Assembly (NCBI RefSeq): GCF_001457615.1
Contig: NZ_LN831024.1
Location: 2,070,001 to 2,102,000 of the forward strand
DNA length: 32,000 bases
Source of the DNA: Pseudomonas aeruginosa
Lineage (GTDB): Bacteria > Pseudomonadota > Gammaproteobacteria > Pseudomonadales > Pseudomonadaceae
Reading direction: 5' to 3'
The notes beneath the pieces were generated by a model. It saw nothing but the letters and a program-made list of their open reading frames with translations, had not been told where the DNA came from and did no database searches. Position 1 is the first letter of the stretch; every line of letters begins with the position of its first letter. The translations under genes were made by a program, and so were the position numbers. This document shows positions 1 through 9,565 of the stretch, one piece after another.

Positions 1-1946
1 CGGTCCACGCGGTGAACTGGGAAGACCACCTGGACGCCGGCGGCACGCTGGCGGTGGAGTTCAGCGGCAAGGGCTCGGGCATCGACAACACCCATTTCGG
101 GGCGCTGAAGGTCAAGGATGCGATCGTCGACAACCTGCGCGAGCGCTCCGGCCGACGCCCGTCGGTGGACAAGGTCAATCCGGACGTGCGCGTCCACCTG
201 CACCTCGACCGCGGCCAGGCGACCCTCTCCTTGGACCTCTCCGGGCATAGCCTGCACCAGCGCGGCTATCGTCTGCAGCAGGGCGCCGCGCCGCTGAAGG
301 AGAACCTGGCGGCGGCGGTGTTGATCCGTGCCGGCTGGCCGAAGATCGCCGCCGAGGGCGGTGCCCTGGCCGACCCGATGTGCGGCGTCGGCACCTTCCT
401 GGTCGAGGCGGCGCTGATGGCTGCCGATATCGCGCCGAACCTCAGGCGCGAGCGCTGGGGCTTCAGCAATTGGCTGGGTCACGTGCCGGCGCTGTGGCGC
501 AAGCTCCACGAGGAAGCCCAGCAGCGCGCGGCGACCGGCCTGGCCAGGCCGCCGTTGTGGATTCGCGGCTACGAGGCCGACCCGCGCCTGATCCAGCCGG
601 CGCGCAACAATATCGAGCGTGCCGGAGTGGCCGACTGGGTGAAGATCTACCAGGGCGAACTGGCGACTTTCGAGCCGCGCCCGGACAAGGGCCAGACCGG
701 CCTGGTGATCTGCAACCCGCCCTATGGCGAGCGTCTCGGCGACGAAGCCAGCCTGCTGTATCTCTACCAGAACCTCGGCGAGCGCCTGCGCCAGAGCTGC
801 ATCGGCTGGAGCGCCGGGGTGTTTACCGGGGCGCCGGAACTGGGCAAGCGCATGGGCATCCGCAGCCATAAGCAATACGCGTTCTGGAACGGCGCGCTGG
901 CCTGCAAGCTGCTGATGATCCAGGTCGAGCCGCGCCAGTTCGTCACCGGCGAGCGTGGCGAACGCAACGACGAAGGCCTGGCACGGGCGCCGAGCGAGCC
1001 GGCACGGCTGAGCGAGGGGGGGCAGATGTTCGCCAATCGCCTGCAGAAGAACCTCCGGCAACTGGGCAAATGGGCGCGCCGCGACAAGATCGAGTGCTAT
1101 CGCCTGTATGACGCCGACATGCCGGAGTATGCCCTGGCGGTGGATATCTACGGCGATTGGGTTCACGTCCAGGAGTACGCCGCGCCCAAGTCGATCGATC
1201 CGGCAAAAGCCCAGGCGCGCCTGTTCGACGCCCTGGCGGCGATTCCGCAGACCCTGGGCGTTGCCCAGGAGCGAGTGGTGGTCAAGCGCCGCGAGCGCCA
1301 GGCCGGCAAGAAGCAGTACGAACGGCAGAGCAGCGAGGGCAAGTTCCTCGAGGTGGGTGAGGGCGATGTGCGCCTGCTGGTGAACCTGACCGATTACCTG
1401 GATACCGGGCTGTTCCTCGATCACCGGCCGATGCGCCTGCGCATCCAGAAGGAGGCGGCCGGCAAGCGCTTCCTCAACCTGTTCTGCTATACCGCCACGG
1501 CCACCGTACATGCGGCCAGGGGCGGCGCGCGCAGCACCACCAGCGTCGACCTGTCGAAGACCTACCTGGACTGGGCGCGCCGCAACCTGTCGCTCAACGG
1601 CTTTTCCGACAAGCAGCGCCTGGTGCACGGCGACGTGATGGAGTGGTTGCGGGAAGACGATGGCCAGTACGAACTGATCTTCATCGACCCGCCGACCTTC
1701 TCCAACTCCAAGCGCATGGAAGGCGTGTTCGACGTGCAGCGCGACCACGTCGAACTGCTCGACCTGGCCATGGCGCGGCTGGCGCCGGGCGGGGTGCTGT
1801 ATTTCTCCAACAACTTCCGCAAGTTCGAACTGGACGAGAGCGTGCAGGCCCGCTATGCGGTCGAAGAGATCACTGGCGAAACCCTCGATCCGGATTTCGC
1901 GCGTAATCCGAAGATCCATCGGGCCTGGAGAATCACCGTTCGCTGA
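1..1946 (+). CDS. rlmL: Bifunctional 23S rRNA guanine methyltransferase RlmL/RlmK, 5' end cut off by window edge
   Basis: Frame is open from the window edge (VHAVNWEDHLDAGGTLAVEFSG...). Contains MCGVGTFLVEAAL and NPPYGERLG (first methyltransferase domain) and FCYTATATVHAA plus IFIDPPTFSNSKRM-type motif (second domain). TGA at 1944-1946. Confidence 0.93.
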   Translation, partial: VHAVNWEDHLDAGGTLAVEFSGKGSGIDNTHFGALKVKDAIVDNLRERSGRRPSVDKVNPDVRVHLHLDRGQATLSLDLSGHSLHQRGYRLQQGAAPLKENLAAAVLIRAGWPKIAAEGGALADPMCGVGTFLVEAALMAADIAPNLRRERWGFSNWLGHVPALWRKLHEEAQQRAATGLARPPLWIRGYEADPRLIQPARNNIERAGVADWVKIYQGELATFEPRPDKGQTGLVICNPPYGERLGDEASLLYLYQNLGERLRQSCIGWSAGVFTGAPELGKRMGIRSHKQYAFWNGALACKLLMIQVEPRQFVTGERGERNDEGLARAPSEPARLSEGGQMFANRLQKNLRQLGKWARRDKIECYRLYDADMPEYALAVDIYGDWVHVQEYAAPKSIDPAKAQARLFDALAAIPQTLGVAQERVVVKRRERQAGKKQYERQSSEGKFLEVGEGDVRLLVNLTDYLDTGLFLDHRPMRLRIQKEAAGKRFLNLFCYTATATVHAARGGARSTTSVDLSKTYLDWARRNLSLNGFSDKQRLVHGDVMEWLREDDGQYELIFIDPPTFSNSKRMEGVFDVQRDHVELLDLAMARLAPGGVLYFSNNFRKFELDESVQARYAVEEITGETLDPDFARNPKIHRAWRITVR

Positions 1947-1964
1947 GGCGAGCGGCATTCATGC

Positions 1965-2003
1965 AAAAGGCCGCCGGCGGGCAACCGCTGGCGGCCTTTT
2001 TTT
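1965..2003. terminator. Probable bidirectional rho-independent terminator between convergent rlmL and dacB
   Basis: AAAAGGCCGCC-loop-GGCGGCCTTTTTTT in the gap between convergent genes. Confidence 0.8.
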
Positions 2004-2014
2004 CGTACTGCGCC

Positions 2015-3445
2015 TTATTTCCGCGCGTGCAGGCTCAGCAGTACCTGGTCGAGGATCGCCGAAGCGCCCCACGGCCGCGGGCTGTTGAGGATCGCCACCA
2101 CCACCCAGTTGTGGCCGCTGGCGTCGCGGCTGAAGCCGGCGAGGGCGCGCACGGTGTTGAGGGTGCCGGTCTTCACGTGCGCCTCGCCGACCAGTGCGGT
2201 GCGCCGCAGGCGTTTGCGCATGGTGCCGTCGAGGCCGGCCAGCGGCAGCGAGGAGATGTACTCCGCTGCATAGGGGCTGTGCCAGGCGGCTTGCAGCATC
2301 GCCGCCATCTCACGGGCGCTGACCCGTTCCTGGCGCGACAGTCCCGAGCCGTTCTCCATCACCAGGCGCGGCGCGGTGATGCCCTTGCGCGCTAGCCACT
2401 GCCGCACCACCCGCTGCGCGGCCTGGGCGTCGTCGCCGTCGGCACTGTTGCGGAACTGCGCGCCGATGGAGAGGAACAACTGCCGGGCCATGGTGTTGTT
2501 ACTGTATTTGTTGATGTCGCGGATGATCTCGACCAGGTCTGGCGAGAAGGCCTTGGCGATCAGCGTGGCGTTGCGCGGTACGCTGCCCTGGCGGTCCTTG
2601 CCGAGGATGCTGCCGCCCAGCTCCTGCCAGATGCCGCGCACCGCGCCGGCGGTGTAGCCGGGGTGGTCGAGCAGCGACATGTAGGTCTGCGCGCTACAGC
2701 CCTGGGGAATCTGTCCGGTGGCCAGCAGGGTGGTGCCGTCGAACTGGGTCACCGGGCTGAAGCGCAGCTTCGGCCAGGCCGGGCAGGTGGCCGGCGCGGT
2801 CATCTTCACCTGGTTGTCGATGCGTACGTTGGCCAGCGGCGGGTCCATCTGCACGTTGACCTTGTTGCCGTCGGTGCGCACCACCATGCGCACGCTCTTC
2901 AGGTTGACCAGCAGCGAGTCCGGACCGACCAGGAACGGCTTGGTGTCGTCGCCGCCGTCGTCGTTGAATACCGGCAACTGCGGGATGTTGAAGTAGCTGC
3001 GGTCGAGTACCAGGTCACCTGTGACCTTGGTCACGCCATTGGCGCGCAGGTCGCGCATCAGCAGCCAGAGCTTCTCCATGTTCAGTTTCGGATCGCCGCC
3101 GCCCTTGAGGTAGAGGTTGCCGTTGAGCACTCCGTTCTTGAGCTGGCCGTCGGTGTAGAACTCGGTCTTCCACTGGTAGGTCGGGCCGAGCATTTCCAGG
3201 GCGGCATAGGTGGTGAACAGCTTCATGGTCGAGGCCGGGTTCACCGATACGTCGGCGTTGTAGTAGGTGGGGTTGCCCGGGCCGTCGAGCGGAATCAGCA
3301 CCAGCGACAGATCGTTGCCGGTCAGCTTGTTGGTCTGCAGGGCTTTCTGCACGTTGGCCGGCAGGGTGGCGTTGACCTGGGCGAGGGTGGGAAGGGCGAA
3401 AGGCAGGAGCGTGGCGAAGGCAAGAGTACGCAGCGACTTGAACAT
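2015..3445 (-). CDS. dacB: D-alanyl-D-alanine carboxypeptidase/endopeptidase (PBP4 family)
   Basis: 476 aa; signal peptide MFKSLRTLAFATLLPFALPTLAQ; STMK (SxxK), SNN (SxN) and HVKTGTLN (KTG) motifs. Confidence 0.92.
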   Translation of the reverse strand: MFKSLRTLAFATLLPFALPTLAQVNATLPANVQKALQTNKLTGNDLSLVLIPLDGPGNPTYYNADVSVNPASTMKLFTTYAALEMLGPTYQWKTEFYTDGQLKNGVLNGNLYLKGGGDPKLNMEKLWLLMRDLRANGVTKVTGDLVLDRSYFNIPQLPVFNDDGGDDTKPFLVGPDSLLVNLKSVRMVVRTDGNKVNVQMDPPLANVRIDNQVKMTAPATCPAWPKLRFSPVTQFDGTTLLATGQIPQGCSAQTYMSLLDHPGYTAGAVRGIWQELGGSILGKDRQGSVPRNATLIAKAFSPDLVEIIRDINKYSNNTMARQLFLSIGAQFRNSADGDDAQAAQRVVRQWLARKGITAPRLVMENGSGLSRQERVSAREMAAMLQAAWHSPYAAEYISSLPLAGLDGTMRKRLRRTALVGEAHVKTGTLNTVRALAGFSRDASGHNWVVVAILNSPRPWGASAILDQVLLSLHARK

Positions 3446-3753
3446 TAATGAAGAACCCTTGAAGACGGAGGGTAGAAAATGAAATGAAGATGAAAAACGA
3501 AGCGAACCTGAAAAAAGAGACGGACATCACGCGAAGAGGCCGTCTTGCTCATTATGCCGCAAGGCGGATAACGATGCGCTGGAGTTTCGCGGAGTTCGCC
3601 GTCATATCGCCGAATGGTCGGAACTGGTAGAGTGCGCCGGCAATCCGGCCGCGTCGCGCGGCTTGCCGGGGTTCGCCCGCGGCTCCAGCGGCGTCGGCTA
3701 CTGTCTGTAATGCGAGGCTCCGCCAATGGAGCGTCAATCCAGGAGATGCCGCC

Positions 3754-4098
3754 ATGGCTACGAATCGTTCCCGCCGCCTGCGCAAGAAATTGTGCGTCGA
3801 TGAATTCCAGGAGCTGGGTTTCGAATTGAACTTCCACTACAAGGAAGGCGTGGATGCCGATGCGGTGAACGCTTTCATGTTGCGCTTCATCGATCAGGCG
3901 ATCGAAGCCAACGAACTGACCTATGGCGGCTGCGACGAATTCGGTTTCGTCTGCCTGGCGCGCCGTGGCTCGGTCAATGAAGAGCAGCGGGCCCTGATCG
4001 AGGCCTGGTTGAAGCAGCAACCGGAACTGGCCAGCGTCGAGGTCGGCGCGTTGGTCGACGCCTGGTACCCGGAACAGCCTGTCCTGCCGAAGCTCTAA
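3754..4098 (+). CDS. yggL: YggL family (DUF469) ribosome-associated protein
   Basis: 114 aa; MATNRSRRLRKKLCVDEFQELGFELNF is typical of the YggL N-terminus. Confidence 0.85.
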   Translation: MATNRSRRLRKKLCVDEFQELGFELNFHYKEGVDADAVNAFMLRFIDQAIEANELTYGGCDEFGFVCLARRGSVNEEQRALIEAWLKQQPELASVEVGALVDAWYPEQPVLPKL

Positions 4099-4107
4099 GC
4101 GATAGCG

Positions 4108-4132
4108 CCGCCATCCCGCCCGAGGATGGCGG
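4108..4132. terminator. Possible terminator or stable hairpin after yggL
   Basis: CCGCCATCC-cgcccga-GGATGGCGG, perfect 9-bp stem 10 nt after the stop codon; weak U-tract. Confidence 0.45.
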
Positions 4133-4523
4133 TCGCGTCTTCCCTCCCTTTCGATCCTGCTCCGGCGCTATCTGGCCCGGCGCCCGTCGTGCTTCCCTTT
4201 GCCCTGCCAAGGCATGTCGGCGGCTTGTGGCCGTACATGCGGATAGCAATACTCCGAAACCCCTGACGAACTATTCAACTCGCTCTGGCAGATAACGAGC
4301 CGGGAAGGCGCGTATATATGCGGGTGTTTTTCATGCAGATAACCAGGCCAATTGCTTGGCAATATACGAGGTTTTGAATTCGCCGTAAGAAATAAATTAA
4401 GTTTCCGTGAGAATATTCCTTAAAGTATATGAGTTGCCATCGAGTATCTCGACAATATGGCTCCCGTCTATATCTTGCTCAGGAGAATTTTTTCTGAATT
4501 TTTATTGGCAAGGAAATCAGACA

Positions 4524-5147
4524 ATGAGCCGTATCCTGATAGTCGACGATCATCCCGTGATTCGCATGGCCATGAAGATGTTGCTGGAAGCCGAAGGGCA
4601 CCAGATCGTCGGCGATACCGATAATGGCGTGGATGCCATCAGCCTCGGGCGGGAGCTGAAGCCGGACCTGGTCATCCTCGATATCGGCATTCCCAGGCTG
4701 GACGGCCTCGAGGTCATCAGCCGCCTGATGGTGCTGGCGTTGCCCCTGAAGATCCTCGTCCTGACCGGCCAGAGCGCCTCGCTCTTCGCCCTGCGCAGCA
4801 TGCAGGCGGGCGCCGCCGGGTTCGTCTGCAAGCAGGGCGGACTGGCCGAACTGGTGACGGCGGTGAATGCGGTCGCCTCGGGATACAGTTACTTTCCCAG
4901 CTCGGCCATGCGTCCTGTGCAACAGGGCGCCTATTCCGACGATGTGGAATTGCTCGGACGCCTGTCCGATCGCGAAGTATCGGTATTGCAATACCTCAGC
5001 CAGGGTTATTCGAACAAGCAGATATCCGAGCAGATGTTTATCAGCAACAAGACCGTCAGCACTTACAAGGCGCGCTTGTTGTTGAAGTTGAACGCCGGCT
5101 CGCTGGTGGATCTCATCGAGTTCGCCAAACGCAATACGCTTATCTAA
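4524..5147 (+). CDS. rocA2: Response regulator, LuxR/FixJ-type HTH (RocA2-like)
   Basis: MSRILIVDDHPVIRMAMKMLLEAEGH... with LDIGIPRLDG phospho-acceptor region and C-terminal LSDREVSVLQYLSQGYSNKQISEQMFISNKTVSTYKARLLLKL HTH. Internal ATG preferred over the GTG at 4407. Confidence 0.82.
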   Translation: MSRILIVDDHPVIRMAMKMLLEAEGHQIVGDTDNGVDAISLGRELKPDLVILDIGIPRLDGLEVISRLMVLALPLKILVLTGQSASLFALRSMQAGAAGFVCKQGGLAELVTAVNAVASGYSYFPSSAMRPVQQGAYSDDVELLGRLSDREVSVLQYLSQGYSNKQISEQMFISNKTVSTYKARLLLKLNAGSLVDLIEFAKRNTLI

Positions 5148-5160
5148 GGGCCGGAACCGA

Positions 5161-7386
5161 ATGAAGTTCCAGAAACGCAGTGCGTGCATGCTTGGCCTGC
5201 TTCTCATATTCGCCTGCATGGCGGGATATGCCGTTCCGGCGAGGGCGACGGCTGGCGAATATTCTTCCATGCTCCGGATTCCCGCTCCGGATCGTCCGGG
5301 GGACGCCGATGTGGTCGACGAAGCGCCGCTACGCCAGGCTGCCGACGGGCTGCGCTCGCCATCCCCTTCCAGCCTGGTGCTCGGCCTGCTGGTGGCCTGC
5401 CTGGTCTGCGTCGGATGCCTGGGCTGGAATACCGTCCTGCAGCTCAGGCTCAGGCGTTGGCAACGTACCGAAGCCGACCTGAGCGGCCGCCTGGCATTGA
5501 AGCAGGCGCTGGTCGACGGGATTCCCTACCCGGTGAGCATCCGCACGCTCGACGGTCGCCTGCTGGCCTGCAACCGCAATTACCTGGAAAGCCTGCGGAT
5601 GACCCGTGAGCAGGCCCGCGGCACCCTGTTGACCGATTCCGACTGGGTCGAGGGCAGCAAGGCACGGCTCATGCACCAGCAGTGCCTGGCGGTGGCTCGG
5701 GGAGGAACGGCGAGCTTCACCGACATGGCGGTGCGCATCGGCGGGCAATTGCTGGAGATCCACCATTGGGTCACGCCCTACAGGGATCGCCAGGGCCGGG
5801 TGCTCGGCCTGATGAACGGCTGGATCGACATCACCGAACGGGAGCGCCTGGCCCGCCAGTTGCGCGAGGCGATGCGCCAGGCGGACGAGGCGAATCGGGC
5901 GAAGAGCGTCTTCCTGGCGACCATGAGCCACGAGATCCGTACGCCGATGAATGCGGTCATCGGCATCCTCGAACTGGTCCTGCAGCGCCTGGCGCCGGAG
6001 CAGCGCGAACGCGCCTCGCTGGAGGTCGCCTACGAGGCAGCGGGGTCGCTGCAACTGCTCATCGGCGACATCCTCGACGTCGCCAAGATCGAGTCCGGTC
6101 ACCTGACCCTCACGCCCGAGCGGGTTCGCCTGCGCCATGTCGTGGAGTCGGTGCGCCGCATGTTCGAAGGCCTGGCCCGGCAGAAAGGCCTCAGGCTCGT
6201 TGTGGAGCTGGACGATGCCCCGGGACGGGACGTGCTGATCGATCCCCTGCGCTTCAAGCAGGTGCTCTCCAACCTGGTGAGCAATGCGATCAAGTTCACC
6301 GAGCGGGGACAGGTGACGATCCGTCTCCAGGAAAGGAGCCTGGACGAGGGGAGGGCGATCGTCCGGGTGGACGTGGAGGATTCCGGTATCGGTATCGCTC
6401 CGGCGGACCAGGCGCGCCTGTTCCAGCCTTTCATCCAGGTGGCCAAGGGACGCACGGTGCAGGGCGGGACCGGCCTTGGGCTGGCGATCTGTCGGAAGTT
6501 GGTGGACCTCATGGGCGGCGATGTCGAGATGCACAGCGAGCCGGGCAAAGGCACCCGGGTGTCGCTCGACCTGCTCTTGCGCCAGTGCGGGCCGAAAATG
6601 CCTGAATCCGGCCAGGACCCGCTGGCAGCATCCATGGAGCCGTCTCGCCGCCTGCATATCCTCATCGCCGACGACTATCCGCCCAACCGGGTACTGCTGC
6701 GCCAGCAACTGGAGTTTCTCGGCCACCGGGTGGCGGAAGCGGAGGATGGCCAGGTGGCGCTGGAGCTCTGGGCCGACGAGCGCTTCGAGGTGCTGATCAG
6801 CGACTGCAACATGCCGCGCCTGAACGGCTATCAGCTGGCACGCAGGATACGCATCCAGGAACGGTGCGAGCGACGCGCGCCGATCCTGATCCTTGGCTAT
6901 ACCGCCGACGCCGAGCCGGACGAGGTACAGCGCTGCCGCGACGCGGGCATGGATGATTGCCTGTTCAAGCCGCTCGGCCTGGAGACCCTGCGCAACTACC
7001 TCGCGACCTCTTTCGGACGCGACGCCGCGCAGCCCCGGGGGCTCTATGATGCAGCCGCTCTCAGCAGCCTCGGCGGCGACCGCCCGGAACGGCTGCGCGA
7101 ACTGCTGGAGACCCTGCTAGGCAGCAACCGTCAGGACCTCCAGCGCCTTGCCATCCTCCTGCGCGAGGGCGACAGGACCCGGCTCGCCGAGCATGCCCAC
7201 CGCATCAAGGGCGCCGCACGGATGATCGGGGCGCGTACCCTGCTGGAGGCCTGCGAGGCCCTGGAGGACGCCTGCCGGCGAAGTGGCGACGGGGAGTGCC
7301 TGCAGGCGCCTGGCGAAAGACTCCGGCTGGCCCTGGAGGCGTTGCAGGAGGAACTCCAGGAGCAGTTGGCGGCCGCTGCGGTATGA
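5161..7386 (+). CDS. rocS2: Hybrid sensor histidine kinase (PAS-like, HisKA, HATPase, receiver, Hpt), RocS2-like
   Basis: 741 aa; signal-peptide-like N-terminus; TM segment LVLGLLVACLVCVGCLGW; MSHEIRTPMNAVIGILELVL H-box; N/G boxes LSNLVSNAIKF, DSGIGI, GGTGLGLAICRKL; receiver LIADDYPPNR...LISDCNMPRLNG; Hpt HAHRIKGAARMIGA. Starts 13 bp after rocA2. Confidence 0.8.
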   Translation: MKFQKRSACMLGLLLIFACMAGYAVPARATAGEYSSMLRIPAPDRPGDADVVDEAPLRQAADGLRSPSPSSLVLGLLVACLVCVGCLGWNTVLQLRLRRWQRTEADLSGRLALKQALVDGIPYPVSIRTLDGRLLACNRNYLESLRMTREQARGTLLTDSDWVEGSKARLMHQQCLAVARGGTASFTDMAVRIGGQLLEIHHWVTPYRDRQGRVLGLMNGWIDITERERLARQLREAMRQADEANRAKSVFLATMSHEIRTPMNAVIGILELVLQRLAPEQRERASLEVAYEAAGSLQLLIGDILDVAKIESGHLTLTPERVRLRHVVESVRRMFEGLARQKGLRLVVELDDAPGRDVLIDPLRFKQVLSNLVSNAIKFTERGQVTIRLQERSLDEGRAIVRVDVEDSGIGIAPADQARLFQPFIQVAKGRTVQGGTGLGLAICRKLVDLMGGDVEMHSEPGKGTRVSLDLLLRQCGPKMPESGQDPLAASMEPSRRLHILIADDYPPNRVLLRQQLEFLGHRVAEAEDGQVALELWADERFEVLISDCNMPRLNGYQLARRIRIQERCERRAPILILGYTADAEPDEVQRCRDAGMDDCLFKPLGLETLRNYLATSFGRDAAQPRGLYDAAALSSLGGDRPERLRELLETLLGSNRQDLQRLAILLREGDRTRLAEHAHRIKGAARMIGARTLLEACEALEDACRRSGDGECLQAPGERLRLALEALQEELQEQLAAAAV

Positions 7387-7396
7387 GCCCTTCCTT

Positions 7397-8728
7397 TCAG
7401 GAGGGGCTCGAGCGTCCGGTCATTTCCCGGGCCATTTCCGTGGCGTAGCTGTCGGTCATGCCGGCGATGAAATCGATCACCTGGAGGAAGGCGCGGTACA
7501 GCGGCCACTGCGGGTCGGGCGCGTTGCGTCCGAGCAGGTCGAGGATGCGCCGGTTCTTGAACGACGGCGTATGCCCGCCATATTGCTCCAGCGCGGCGCC
7601 ACAGAAGGCGTTGAGGAGGATCTCCAGAGTGGTGTAGGCGCCGATCTCGTGGAGGGTCTTGCGCTTGTCCTGGAAGATCTTTTCCCGCGCGATGGCCTTG
7701 GCCCGCTGCACGCAGAGCTTGGCCGGGCCATGCATGTGTTCCACCAGGTCGCCGGCAAGCTGCCCGGCGAGCAGGGCCTGCTGCTGGTCGACGAAGGCAC
7801 GGGCGGCGGCATTGGTCAGGTGCTCGATGGCCTTGCCGCGGAGGATCGCCAGTTTACGCCGGCGGGAGTCCCTGGGGCCGAGTTGGCGATAGGTGTCGGG
7901 CAGGTCGTCGCCGACCAGGCCGAGCAGCAGCGCCTCGACCTCGCTGTATTCGAGCAGTTCCATTTCCAGGCCGTCTTCGAGGTCGATCAGGCCATAGCAG
8001 ATGTCGTCCGCCGCTTCCATCAGGTAGACCAGCGGATGGCGAGCCCAGCGCTCGTCGTCGAGTTGCGGCATGCCGAGCTTATGGGTGATCTGCTCGAGCA
8101 GCGGCAGTTCGCTCTGGTAGCAGCCGAACTTGTGCTTCTTGTAGCCCAGCGCTTCGGCGTGGCGCGAGGTCCAGGGGTACTTCAGGTAGGTACCCAGGGT
8201 TGCGTAGGTCAACCGCGTGCCGCCGTCGAACTGGTGGTATTCCAGTTGGGTGAGGACCCGGAAGCCCTGGGCGTTGCCTTCGAAGTGGAGAAAGTCGGAA
8301 CGCTCGGCGTCGCTCATCTCGTCCAGCCAGCCACGTCCGGCGGCTTGCTGGAACCAGTTGCGGATCGCGTCTTCGCCGGAGTGCCCGAATGGTGGGTTGC
8401 CGATGTCGTGGGCCAGGCAGGCCGACTGGACGATGACCCCGAGGTCGCTGGGGTCGCACCACTCGGGTAGTTCCTCGCGGAGGATCTCGCCGACCCGCAT
8501 GCCCAGCGAGCGGCCGACGCAGGCGACTTCCAGGGAGTGGGTCAGGCGGGTGTGGATGTGATCGTTGCTGGAGACCGGATGGACCTGGGTCTTGCGTCCG
8601 AGGCGGCGAAACGCGCCGGAGAAGATGATCCGGTCATGGTCCTTGTGGAAGGCGCTGCGGCCCAGTTCATCGTTGCTGTGTACCGGCTTTCCGAGCCGTT
8701 CGCGGGTGAGCAGGGTCTGCCAGTCCAT
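7397..8728 (-). CDS. dgt: Deoxyguanosinetriphosphate triphosphohydrolase-like protein (HD domain)
   Basis: 443 aa; [33 protein letters not shown] and [20 protein letters not shown] motifs of dGTPase-like enzymes. Confidence 0.88.
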   Translation of the reverse strand: MDWQTLLTRERLGKPVHSNDELGRSAFHKDHDRIIFSGAFRRLGRKTQVHPVSSNDHIHTRLTHSLEVACVGRSLGMRVGEILREELPEWCDPSDLGVIVQSACLAHDIGNPPFGHSGEDAIRNWFQQAAGRGWLDEMSDAERSDFLHFEGNAQGFRVLTQLEYHQFDGGTRLTYATLGTYLKYPWTSRHAEALGYKKHKFGCYQSELPLLEQITHKLGMPQLDDERWARHPLVYLMEAADDICYGLIDLEDGLEMELLEYSEVEALLLGLVGDDLPDTYRQLGPRDSRRRKLAILRGKAIEHLTNAAARAFVDQQQALLAGQLAGDLVEHMHGPAKLCVQRAKAIAREKIFQDKRKTLHEIGAYTTLEILLNAFCGAALEQYGGHTPSFKNRRILDLLGRNAPDPQWPLYRAFLQVIDFIAGMTDSYATEMAREMTGRSSPS

Positions 8729-8844
8729 CGGGAATTCCAGGGATGCGCTGAGGCGATGCGGACACGCTAACGGTTTGCCTTGGCAAGCTCAATCGTCGCG
8801 TTGGGGAAACGGAGGGCGCCGACCGTTGCCGGTCGGCGCATCCT

Positions 8845-9168
8845 TCAACGGCCTTTCTGCTTGCGCAGGCCGAGCAACAGCGGGGCCAGGGCGACGCCCA
8901 GGCGCAGCAGACGCTGCCAGCGTCCGCCCTTGCCAAGCAGTACGCCCAGCAGTGCGGCTCCGCCGGCGCCCCAGAGCGCCGCATTGCCACCGCCGAACAG
9001 TTGCTGGCTGAGGTTGTGGCCCAGCCCCTGGGCCTGGCGGAAGGGTTGCACCAGCAGTTGGCTTTCGCGGCGCAATTGCTGGCGCTGCATTTCCAGGCGC
9101 AGGCGGATCACCGCCTTGCGCAATTCGCGACGCGACAGGCCGGTCGCGTTCACCGGTAGTTGGCTCAT
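8845..9168 (-). CDS. YqjK-like small protein
   Basis: 107 aa; LSRRELRKAVIRLRLEMQRQQLRRE basic N-terminal region, hydrophobic segments near the C-terminus; last of three tightly spaced minus-strand genes resembling yqjD-yqjE-yqjK. Confidence 0.65.
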   Translation of the reverse strand: MSQLPVNATGLSRRELRKAVIRLRLEMQRQQLRRESQLLVQPFRQAQGLGHNLSQQLFGGGNAALWGAGGAALLGVLLGKGGRWQRLLRLGVALAPLLLGLRKQKGR

Positions 9169-9181
9169 GCGCGTTTCCTTG

Positions 9182-9562
9182 TCATGGCAGCAGTCGCTCG
9201 CGGTCGTTGGCCAGTTCTTCCAGGGTGGCGCTGAACGGCGAGCTTTCGTCGTTGATCGACTGGTACAGGCGCCAGCCGCAGAACAGCGAGCCGATCACGT
9301 AGAACAGGCACAACCCGAGCGCCGCTGCGAGCCGGTTGGTGTCCCAGAATACGATCAGCACCAGCAGCGACAGGCCGACCAGCAGGAGCAGGGCAAATAC
9401 CAGGGCCAGCCCGGCGAACAGCAGCAGGCGCAGGGTGTTGGCCTTCTGTTCCTGCAGCTCGATGCCGAACAGCTCGACGTGACCGTGCAACAGGCCGAGG
9501 AAGGCGGCGCCGAAGCGCCGCAGGGAGGGGCGGCCGTCCGCCGGGTCCTTTCCTTCGCTCAT
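9182..9562 (-). CDS. Phage-holin-superfamily (YqjE-like) membrane protein
   Basis: 126 aa; two strongly hydrophobic segments (LRLLLFAGLALVFALLLLVGLSLLVLIVFW; AALGLCLFYVIGSLFCGWRLY); FGAAFLGLLHGHVELFGIELQEQK. Confidence 0.78.
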   Translation of the reverse strand: MSEGKDPADGRPSLRRFGAAFLGLLHGHVELFGIELQEQKANTLRLLLFAGLALVFALLLLVGLSLLVLIVFWDTNRLAAALGLCLFYVIGSLFCGWRLYQSINDESSPFSATLEELANDRERLLP

Positions 9563-9565
9563 GGC

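Noticed and set aside
5329-6726. 465-aa minus-strand ORF opposite rocS2
   Set aside because: Antisense artifact of GC3-rich coding sequence; no domain signatures.
7283-8470. 395-aa plus-strand ORF opposite dgt
   Set aside because: Shadow ORF over the well-supported dGTPase-like gene.
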